NCBI GenBank assembly: GCA_965644315.1
Contig: CBFFRQ010000067.1
Coordinates: forward strand, 124,001 to 188,000
DNA length: 64,000 nt
Reading direction: 5' to 3'
Origin: Caecitellus pseudoparvulus
Taxonomy: Eukaryota; Protista; Bigyra: Bicosoecida
Each line of letters opens with the position of its first letter. Position 1 is the stretch's first letter. A program made the translations under genes and the position numbers. The notes beneath the pieces are model-generated. The model was not told the origin of the DNA and made no database searches. It saw only the letters and a program-made list of their open reading frames with translations. Below, one piece after another: positions 1 through 8,079 of this stretch.

Positions 1-3000
1 GGTGTGGCAGGGGGCAGCAAGTACATCCTGGGCGGTGTCCTGTTCAAGTTCGCTGTGGATACAGAGGGAATGTACGGGCACAACCACAGCGAGGCTGCCA
101 AAGCAGCCAAGGCTGAGCTACGAGGCATATCCAGCATCACTGCAGCAGCGGTGCCGGGGCTGCGGTATCCCCTGCACTGTGTGGTGGATGTGCTCGGGTA
201 CAGGGTGGTGGCCACATCCCTCCTGCCCATCGGCAGCGACACCCTCTGCTACGGCAGTGCCAACGCAATGGTCACAGTGCACGACGACGAGGAGGCCCTG
301 CGATCTTCCATCGCACAACTGGCGGCGCATCTGAACCTGGCACGACACCCTGTGGGCGACAAGCAGCTGTACTTGGCCGGGGATGTGGAGGGGCACTGCG
401 GGCGGGATGGGCACATGTTCTTGCTGGACACAGCCAGGCTCATGCCTCCGGAGGCGCCTCCACAGTGGCAGGCAGCTACGTGCATTGTGCCTGTACCAGG
501 TGCACATAATGGTGTGCGGCTGTTGCGAGTGCCAGTGGATCAACGGGCAGCCTTTGGGCAGCATGTATGGGCAGCGTTGGTGGGTGCCGCGTTGCCTGAC
601 CGCGTGGTGCCTTGTGAGATGCCTGCGAACCCAGGGACTGTGTTAATCACGAGCGTGTTGCCGTTCGCCAATGTGGTGTGTTGCGCCTTGAATGTGCCTG
701 CACTGCTGCAGCACTTGAGGAGGTGCGGGCTGGAGGCTTCCGCGGTGGAGCATGCCGAGCGGGTCCTCGCCCAACCAACGCGAGTTGCAGCAGGGCTCGC
801 TCGTGATGGGCAACCTGCTCAGCGTGGGCCTCTGTTGATGGTGCCCGTGCGCCCCAAGGCAGCGCACCTGACTCAGCTGCTGCGCCTTGAAGCTGTACAG
901 GCGTCGCCTGTCCCTCTGTCAGCTGATGCCTTCACGGGCTGGGGAAGCACCGACTACCACGTATACAACCCACCTGTTCAGCGTGCCACAGATGCGATGC
1001 TAGAGAGGTCCCTGCCCCAGCTGGCTGCACAGCTCATTCAGCGCGCCACAGGGGGTCGCTTGGCTGTGTGGAAGGCTGGGGACTGTGTGGGCGCCGATGC
1101 TACAGCGGCTGGGCACGTCGTTGACCACGAGAGCTCACCAAGTCGACGTGACGATGCATTCACCTTTCCCGAGTGGACGGTGGAGCGGGGAGAGTTCTCC
1201 ATGAATCGCCTGCTGCGAAAGGAGTTTGGATCAGACAAAGAGGGTGCTGCTGGCCTGGACGCTGAGCCTGGTGATCAAGTCGCTGCTCCCCAGCCGTCAC
1301 TGGAGCATGCCACCGAGGTGCTGGGGGAGTACGCTGCCCAGGGGTATGATACCCGTGCCACTGTAGCGGCACTGCAGGCACACGGACTGGGGGCACTGAA
1401 AGCTGTGCCACTTGCGCGAGGAGCGCCGCCCGTCAGCATCGCTGCCTCCCCACACTTGCCGCTGTTGGTGCCTGCAGTCCCACAAGGGTCCCTGCAAGAT
1501 GACGCGCTAGCACACGCTCTGTCCAGTGTTGACCACGTGTACGTGCGAGAGCTGGACTGGAAGCTGCACTTGCACTCGGCTGGCTGCAACACGCGGCATC
1601 TCGGCCGCCTGGCCCATGTCATTCGAGTGCTGCTGCAGGTGCATGCAGCTGCCGTGAGGTGCCTGCCAGAGTCCGCTGTGGCGGCACTACAGGCCATGCA
1701 GCACAGCATGCTCGCGTACGGCATCGCGCGGTGTTTCTATGCTGAGCTGCGATCGGCGTTGCGGGGCGTGACGGCGCGAGTGGCTGATCGCGGCGAGTCC
1801 AGCGAGTCATCTGAGCAGGTGATGCAGTCCGCTGCACAGTTGGCCCATGACAGCGCCGAGGCGTTGTTCACGTCTCGGCTGCAGTACTCTGGCGTGGGGG
1901 GCAGCAGCTACAGCAGTGATGTGCAGGAGCAGACCCGGCTGCTGGCGTCCTTGCTTGGGAAGTACCCTGGTCTTGTGCCGCCGGAGGAGTGGGCACTGAC
2001 GGGGGCCGGCCTCTGGGCAGGCCTGCCTGAGACATACCGACGACATGCATTCGGCAATGCTCAACGGCTGTGTGGAGCCAGCATGCGGTTTTTCTGTGTG
2101 GACGGCGTGGAGACGTTCGAGTTGTTGCGCCTGCTGCCGCGGCGGCACGCTGCCCAAGCTCAGCGACGGGCGGCGCTGGTGGGACACGTGGCAGCTGCGC
2201 GAGCTGCCAAGCAGCTTGAGCAGCAGGTGGTGCTGGGCTCGCGAGCCGTGCTGTCTCAGGCACTGGGTGCAGCTGTGGCAGATGTGATGCTGAAGCGCCG
2301 TCTGTGTGTGCGGGCGACACCTGGGCTTGCTGTGGCCCACTCCAGGCTGGCGCTGTTGACCATGCTGCAGTCTCCTGAAGACCACGTGTTCGCCCTGAAG
2401 CACCTGTTGCCGTGCGCACTGCAGGCGTGGGGGCAGGCCATTGCCGATGCCTGTTCCGGTGGTGAGCCTGGAACGCTGACGCTGACACCCAGTGCAAGGG
2501 GCAGCATTGAGACTTCCGTCCTGACGCGAGGTTTGAGGAAAATGTGCAAGGTGTTGGAGGGGTGTGTGGAGGAGCGGGGCTTTGCACTGACTGTCGAAGA
2601 TGGGCAGCGCTTGCACGAGTGTGCATGGGCTGTGGAGCTGGTAAGCCAGGCTGCCGCTGCGCTGCTGTCCGTGGCCACACCATGCCAGCAGCAAGGTGCG
2701 CCTGTCCATGCGTTGCGCGTTGGCATGGAGGCTGTGCGTACGAGCATGGTGGTGGCCAGTGAGTTGAAGGAGCTGGTCATGCCGCTCGTGTGGTCCAAGT
2801 GCAGTGCAGCAGTGAAGCGCGCAACGGCGCTTGTCGGCCAGGAAGGAGTGATTGTGACAGGCAGGGCGGCCATGGCGTTGTGGTTGTTGTTGCGCAAGTT
2901 GATGGGGCTGGAGGCGCTGCTGTGCCGCACTGCGTTCTGGGCAGGCTGGCATGATGCCTTGGCGGCGGCACAGCTGCAGCAGCTTCCCCTTGCCAGCCAG

Positions 3001-6000
3001 TTGTCGAACATGTGCAACAGTTTGCTTCAGTGGACCAATGCTGCGAGCGCTGCAACTCTCGAAAGGCGGCAGTCGATGGCACAGCTGGTTCGTGGATGGG
3101 TGGACGCCTGCGCGGGCTCTGGCAGCAGCATTGCCACCGAGTTGCAAGTCAAGTCAGCTGATGGCAACATGCCTGCGTGGTGGTACTTCACGTCTCTGCA
3201 CGGTGAAATGACGCAGGCACTGTGGGGACACTCTGGGGAAACGGACTTCCTGGTCAGCTCCAGCGCGGCCAGTCTGCGTGTGGCTGGAGATGTGGACGAG
3301 CGGTGGCAGGTGGCGTCGGACGGGCACAGCGTGATGCATCGCCAGGGGAAGCAGGCGATGCAGGAAGGCCCGGCGGAGTCAGGGGATCGGACGACTCGTG
3401 ACGTGGGCATGCTTGCGCTGGGGGCGTTGCTGCAGAGCAGTTTGGGGCGGACGATGCAGGGTCACGGCATGACCTTTGAAGCCCGGTCATACTTGGCCGG
3501 CGTACGGGCTTCCCACAACAAAGGCGTGTCCGGTCTGTCATCACTGTCTGTTTACGTCAGTCATGAGTCGGCGAGCTCCATGGTGGCGAGCTCCATGGAG
3601 CACTGGCTGCCAGCAGGGCATGCGCTGTACCCGGTCGAGGTTGCTCTGACAGGAGAGCTGGGAGGCAGCAATGCGGGAAGTGGCACCGGGCAGCAAAGAC
3701 GGGACGTTTTGTTTGGTGTGAATCTTTTGATGATGTGCGGGCTGCCGTGTGTGGATCCCCGCGCTTGCCACCAAGCAGCGCTGTACTGCTCCTCCCCTGC
3801 CCTCATCCCCCTTCATGCCATCCTTCCACGTCGCGGCAGCATCTTTGCCCAGACTGGTTGTGGCATGGCTGGGCAAGTGACACCCCAGGTGGGTCCAGAA
3901 GGGATGGCTCACGGTGCAGGAGCTCTGCGCACAGCTGCGAATCACAGCATCAACAGCCTGAAGTCCATCAAGGCTGTGCTGGCTGCCAGGCACCCCCTGG
4001 CACTGTCCTGCCACACCAACGCAGCGTACTTCCTGCAGCAAACTGGATTGCACCACGGTGCGCTATTGAACACCTGGCGTGCACTGCGCCTTGCCCCCGC
4101 CTCCTGCAGCGGGCGGACCTCTGCGGCTTGGCCAGGCACTGGCTCAGTGCAGGGAGCAGTGCTGCACCTGACAGCGGATGCCTGCCGACGACAGCAGTGG
4201 GATGTAGCAGTAGCCGCCTGCGCAGTCAGCTTGGCATCGTGTGCTGGTCTGCCGCAAGTGGCTGCGTATGAAGAGCTGCTCGCGCTGCACGATGCGCACG
4301 GCCCACAGCTGTGCGACGAGCACCTGCTCAGCGTTGGCAGCAGCTCGGCGCTGGCCAGAGCAGTGACATCTGTGCTGGCTGTGCAGCCTGCGTCTGTGTC
4401 CGTTGTGAGGTGTGCCTCGGCGGTGCCCCTGCTCTTGCGCAGTGCGAGCTTGCTGCTGTGCCACGTGGCTGAGGCAGCCCACCAAGCCGGGCCCTGTGAC
4501 ATTCCAGCAGGCCCCCGGAACGCCAAGGTGACCCTTCTTCCCTACGCTGGCGAGTGGCTGCACTCGGCCTGTGGTTGGAGTCGGGCCCAGGCTGTGCCGG
4601 ATGTCATCGCCGCTCTGTGGGTGTGGGCGCTGCAGGTGGTGTGTCGAGGGGTGCTGGGGAAGCTGCCGCCGCTGCCTGACGACTTGGCTGCGCGGGTGCA
4701 GGAGGTGCAGGGTGCGGCCATGGGTGCAGCCATGGCGTGGTGCCCAGAGTGTCCTCCCGACACACATGCCCAGCAAGTGTCCGCGGATGATGTTGCAACG
4801 ATGGTGGGCGTGAGGCAGGGTCTGGGCGGCCTGCGCGAGCTGGAGCTGCTGCAGGCACAGTCCGCCAATGACGACGACGAAGCCTCCAAGGCGTGGTTGC
4901 TGGAGCACCCGCTGCTTGTGCTGGCCGCAGCTCGGGTGGCAGTCATGGGTGGCTGGTTGACAGCTGCGGAGATGCTGGGCGAGGTGGCTGGGTCGGCCTT
5001 GGCGCAGATGCTGCCCTTGGGACGCGATGTGCCGGAGACGTCTGGGACGCCAGGTGCCGGCAAGACTGCTCTGTCGCAGATGGCGTCAGTGCAAGCTGCG
5101 CGGAACATGGCCCGCGTGAGCAGGGCACTGGAGCCGGCTGTGCAGGAGTTGCTGCAGCTTGGCTTCGCCCGGGAGGAGTGTGTGGCAGGCGTCCTGGCGA
5201 CCAGCTCACTGCAGCTGGCGGCGCCCACTTCCGACTTCTTTGCGCTGAGCCAGGCTGTAATGGACGACCAGGCACACCCCAGCATGGTGTCTCGGCTGCA
5301 AGGCGGCATGGCCGGTGAGCTGGAGCTGGACGTGGCAGCGGCAGCAGAGTGGCTGCTGCAAGACTTGGAGGGCCGTATGCAGGCTGATGTAGCTCACAGC
5401 AGGGCTGAGACGAAGCGTTTGGCGGCTTGGGCTGCGCAGGCAGTGGTGCAGCACGGTGAGATGCCGCCCCAGTGTCTGTTTGACCTTGCCGATGCAGGGG
5501 AGTGGCCGCTGAGCCAACTGAGCTGCATGCGCGCCGATGACGACCATGAGGTGCCGACTGCCTCCCCTGCCACTCGCGAAGCACCACATGACGACGATGC
5601 CACAGGTGGGGAGGTGGGTCAAGCACCAAGTGTGCCTGCTTGGGACCCGCCCCCCGCACAAGTGCAGCTGCAGCATCTGAATGGGCGAGCAGCCATTTCA
5701 CACTTGGTGGGGAGGCTGTACCCGGATCAAACGAACCCGACGGAGTACACAGCGCTGACGAAGTGGTCAATGGGGGGGGCAGACCCGCTGGACTACGTGA
5801 CGGTGTACCGGCACCCTGGCGACCCCGCCCAGGGCATCCCTCCACACTGGCACTACGTGTCCCAGGGACTGTGCAACTTGCTGTCAGACACGGCTGTGCA
5901 CCCGATGCACCCTCCTCGGGTACAGGGCAAGTCGGGCTTCGGCATGGAGTTCACGATGCGCGTTGCGCGGGAGAGCTGGGACACAGAGCTTCCACCCTCC

Positions 6001-7194
6001 TGGCCTGCAACGGTGCTGAATTCTCTCGCGCGTTACACACATCACAGCAAGACGGTGATCGGAGCTTCAGATTTCGTGCAGAGCGGCATGAACACTGGAT
6101 TCCAGGGAGCAGCCCTGTCGCAGAAGGAAGCAGAGGGGGGCTCCCTTGCGCCGTGCAACCTGTCAGCCAGTGTGCGCAACGGCGAGTTGCTGGCAGCCAA
6201 CCTGCCCCACATCGCCACCTGCCCTGACCCCGACCTGCCCACTATCACGTGTGAGACGGGGGAGGTGTCGTTCCACCAAGTGGTGGGCGTGGCAGACCGT
6301 GAGTACGAGATCGCTCGGTCGTGGAGCACTGGTGGGGCGTTGCACCTGCTGCGCCATGCAGTGTTCCGTGATTCGACAGGGAAACCCGTGAATGGTATGA
6401 CACATGGAGCCCTGCGCCCGACTGCCACTGTCGGTGGAGCGTCCGACCCCTGGGCGCAGTGCAGGACACGCAGCGGGGCGTTCCTCCCGGGACCCTACCT
6501 CATCACAGACCCACGCCGCACCTGCGACCTGGCGAGCATCGACCCCACCGTGCAGGCGACCGTGCGAGATCGCATCGCGACGGAAGGCTCATCGCTCGGC
6601 ATCCAGACGGGCTGCCTTGTCTGGCGCCCGCGAGTGGTTGGCATGACGCTGGCGGACTCGCTGGCATTCGTGGCCGTGCCTGGCAGTGCCATGCCAGGCG
6701 TTGAACTGCTCACGACAGCCAGCGTTGCGTCGCTGCTGTCGGTGGCTATGCTGGGGCGTCTACGGCAAGGCATGCCGTTCATCCTGGAGTGCGCCCACCC
6801 CGCCGCACACCAGGCCAAAGACACCAGCAAGGCTCGCGAGGACGCGCAACGACTGGGCGGGTGGGGCCTGTCGCGCCTCGTGGTCATCTTCGTCTCTGAC
6901 GACTGCGACGAGTCCCGCGTGCGGCGCGTCGCAAATGCCGAGGCGCCTTTCGTCGTCACGGAGCCAGGCGTCCTGCAGGTGTACTTGTCACGGGAAGCCA
7001 CGGGGGTGATCGGGGCCTATGCCGCTCAGCCAGAGCATTTCAGGGAGCAGTCCAACATGCCCCTGACGGCGTCGTGGCCCAGCGTAGCACCAGGTTTCAC
7101 GGTGACGGTGGTGCGTGGCGACGAGGACGTCTTCCCGGCGTTTGTGGAGGACTCGCCCGTCCTGCCTCGCAGCATGGTGCAGGACACAGGGTAG
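1..7194 (+). CDS. 5'-partial giant CLU-domain / UBA-like / SUFU (Suppressor of Fused N+C) fusion protein, copy 1
   Basis: Single open frame of about 2396 aa. The N-part has CLU-domain motifs (GGxAGGxKY..LFKFAxD, AAKAAKAELRG, DVLGYRVVA, DVEGH.GRDG..FLLDTARLMPPE, QLLRLEAV, PLSADAF, LHSAGCNTRHLGRL). UBA-like segments lie at ~1320-1390 (QGYDTRATVAALQA) and ~5137-5358 (LLQLGFAREECV...DVAAAAEWLL). From ~5683 it is SUFU-like: LYPDQTNP, WSMGGADPLDYV, HWHYVSQGL, SGFGMEFTMRV, WPATVLNSLARY, FHQVVGV, GPYLITDPRR, EGSSL, MLGRLRQG. Confidence 0.85.
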   Translation, partial: GVAGGSKYILGGVLFKFAVDTEGMYGHNHSEAAKAAKAELRGISSITAAAVPGLRYPLHCVVDVLGYRVVATSLLPIGSDTLCYGSANAMVTVHDDEEALRSSIAQLAAHLNLARHPVGDKQLYLAGDVEGHCGRDGHMFLLDTARLMPPEAPPQWQAATCIVPVPGAHNGVRLLRVPVDQRAAFGQHVWAALVGAALPDRVVPCEMPANPGTVLITSVLPFANVVCCALNVPALLQHLRRCGLEASAVEHAERVLAQPTRVAAGLARDGQPAQRGPLLMVPVRPKAAHLTQLLRLEAVQASPVPLSADAFTGWGSTDYHVYNPPVQRATDAMLERSLPQLAAQLIQRATGGRLAVWKAGDCVGADATAAGHVVDHESSPSRRDDAFTFPEWTVERGEFSMNRLLRKEFGSDKEGAAGLDAEPGDQVAAPQPSLEHATEVLGEYAAQGYDTRATVAALQAHGLGALKAVPLARGAPPVSIAASPHLPLLVPAVPQGSLQDDALAHALSSVDHVYVRELDWKLHLHSAGCNTRHLGRLAHVIRVLLQVHAAAVRCLPESAVAALQAMQHSMLAYGIARCFYAELRSALRGVTARVADRGESSESSEQVMQSAAQLAHDSAEALFTSRLQYSGVGGSSYSSDVQEQTRLLASLLGKYPGLVPPEEWALTGAGLWAGLPETYRRHAFGNAQRLCGASMRFFCVDGVETFELLRLLPRRHAAQAQRRAALVGHVAAARAAKQLEQQVVLGSRAVLSQALGAAVADVMLKRRLCVRATPGLAVAHSRLALLTMLQSPEDHVFALKHLLPCALQAWGQAIADACSGGEPGTLTLTPSARGSIETSVLTRGLRKMCKVLEGCVEERGFALTVEDGQRLHECAWAVELVSQAAAALLSVATPCQQQGAPVHALRVGMEAVRTSMVVASELKELVMPLVWSKCSAAVKRATALVGQEGVIVTGRAAMALWLLLRKLMGLEALLCRTAFWAGWHDALAAAQLQQLPLASQLSNMCNSLLQWTNAASAATLERRQSMAQLVRGWVDACAGSGSSIATELQVKSADGNMPAWWYFTSLHGEMTQALWGHSGETDFLVSSSAASLRVAGDVDERWQVASDGHSVMHRQGKQAMQEGPAESGDRTTRDVGMLALGALLQSSLGRTMQGHGMTFEARSYLAGVRASHNKGVSGLSSLSVYVSHESASSMVASSMEHWLPAGHALYPVEVALTGELGGSNAGSGTGQQRRDVLFGVNLLMMCGLPCVDPRACHQAALYCSSPALIPLHAILPRRGSIFAQTGCGMAGQVTPQVGPEGMAHGAGALRTAANHSINSLKSIKAVLAARHPLALSCHTNAAYFLQQTGLHHGALLNTWRALRLAPASCSGRTSAAWPGTGSVQGAVLHLTADACRRQQWDVAVAACAVSLASCAGLPQVAAYEELLALHDAHGPQLCDEHLLSVGSSSALARAVTSVLAVQPASVSVVRCASAVPLLLRSASLLLCHVAEAAHQAGPCDIPAGPRNAKVTLLPYAGEWLHSACGWSRAQAVPDVIAALWVWALQVVCRGVLGKLPPLPDDLAARVQEVQGAAMGAAMAWCPECPPDTHAQQVSADDVATMVGVRQGLGGLRELELLQAQSANDDDEASKAWLLEHPLLVLAAARVAVMGGWLTAAEMLGEVAGSALAQMLPLGRDVPETSGTPGAGKTALSQMASVQAARNMARVSRALEPAVQELLQLGFAREECVAGVLATSSLQLAAPTSDFFALSQAVMDDQAHPSMVSRLQGGMAGELELDVAAAAEWLLQDLEGRMQADVAHSRAETKRLAAWAAQAVVQHGEMPPQCLFDLADAGEWPLSQLSCMRADDDHEVPTASPATREAPHDDDATGGEVGQAPSVPAWDPPPAQVQLQHLNGRAAISHLVGRLYPDQTNPTEYTALTKWSMGGADPLDYVTVYRHPGDPAQGIPPHWHYVSQGLCNLLSDTAVHPMHPPRVQGKSGFGMEFTMRVARESWDTELPPSWPATVLNSLARYTHHSKTVIGASDFVQSGMNTGFQGAALSQKEAEGGSLAPCNLSASVRNGELLAANLPHIATCPDPDLPTITCETGEVSFHQVVGVADREYEIARSWSTGGALHLLRHAVFRDSTGKPVNGMTHGALRPTATVGGASDPWAQCRTRSGAFLPGPYLITDPRRTCDLASIDPTVQATVRDRIATEGSSLGIQTGCLVWRPRVVGMTLADSLAFVAVPGSAMPGVELLTTASVASLLSVAMLGRLRQGMPFILECAHPAAHQAKDTSKAREDAQRLGGWGLSRLVVIFVSDDCDESRVRRVANAEAPFVVTEPGVLQVYLSREATGVIGAYAAQPEHFREQSNMPLTASWPSVAPGFTVTVVRGDEDVFPAFVEDSPVLPRSMVQDTG

Positions 7195-7436
7195 GGCCCT
7201 GGGCTTCAGTGCAGTGGGCAGACACGTGTCCACTTGAGGTGAAGAGGTGGGATGGTGTGTGAGTTAAGGGGTTTGGCGAGGCGGCACACATTTGAGGCCT
7301 TGTGACAAACCTCGAAGTCCGCACAGCATGCACCCGACGGTGAGGGTGGCCAGGAGTGCTGCACTGACAATGCAGGCTGCAAGGTACTGGTGGGGTGTGC
7401 TGTTGAGTGGGTGTTGTGTGGTGGTCGGGTCGGGTC

Positions 7437-7571
7437 ATGTGCGGAACTCGGCTGGTTGCGTGGATGCGGCAGGGAAGTGACTCGGGTGCACGGGCCGCGC
7501 AGCACACATGCCGCCGCGGTCCAGATGCGGTGAAAACTGAGCGTGTGCAGCTGGCCCTGCCAGGCTCTTCA
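7437..7571 (+). pseudogene. Truncated duplicate of the ASNSD1 5' end
   Basis: MCGTRLVAWMRQGSDSGARAAQHTCRRGPDAVKTERVQLALPGSS matches the N-terminus encoded from 16154. Similarity stops at 7571, and the frame runs into unrelated AT-richer sequence and stops at 7688. Confidence 0.85.
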
Positions 7572-8079
7572 GTGCATGTACGTTTTGTGTCCAGATCACT
7601 GGATACTTGTCTTTTGGAGTTGTTCTGCTCTTCCGTTTCTTCTTCAACGTTTACGGTACCGCGTGTGAAGGTCTCACTTGCTCCTTGAGCATGTCATTAA
7701 CGGAACTCCATAGATGCATAGCAGTTCCTTATGCATACAGAGGTAGATCTGTTTCCTCTCAGGGCGAAGCCGTCCGAAACACCCACTCCTTGCCAAGATC
7801 CAAAGTGTGCCTTTGGTTTGACGAAACGCCGCGGAAACGCACGCTCCTCCCTGCGCTGCAGATGATGTTTATCCTTAGCCAGAACAATAACTACACCTTC
7901 AATCAAAGCAAGATCAACCTGCAGTCAGACATGGTTCCAACGTAACTCTTCCGCTGGTCAATGACTTCTCAACCACATTGTCGCGTTGTTGGTCGGCCAC
8001 GTCTCTCTCATGGGCTCTCTTTGACTCGAAGTCTGGAATCCACCACCACACTGAAGGCCTCAAGGATTCAACCTTCATA

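Larger units (their letters stand above)
1..7571 (+). repeat. Tandem segmental duplication, unit 1 (aligns to 8710-16288)
   Basis: Near-identical sequence at offset 8709-8717. Shared sequence ends at ...CCAGGCTCTTCA (7571 and 16288). Confidence 0.95.

Noticed and set aside
1807-3147. Long antisense and alternate-frame ORFs across the window (also 10516-11793, 37190-38209, 61791-63047)
   Set aside because: Expected shadow ORFs in ~65% GC coding DNA; they show no domain motifs.
7572-8079. Transposon at the duplication junction
   Set aside because: No terminal inverted repeats, target-site duplication or transposase/RT motifs are visible.
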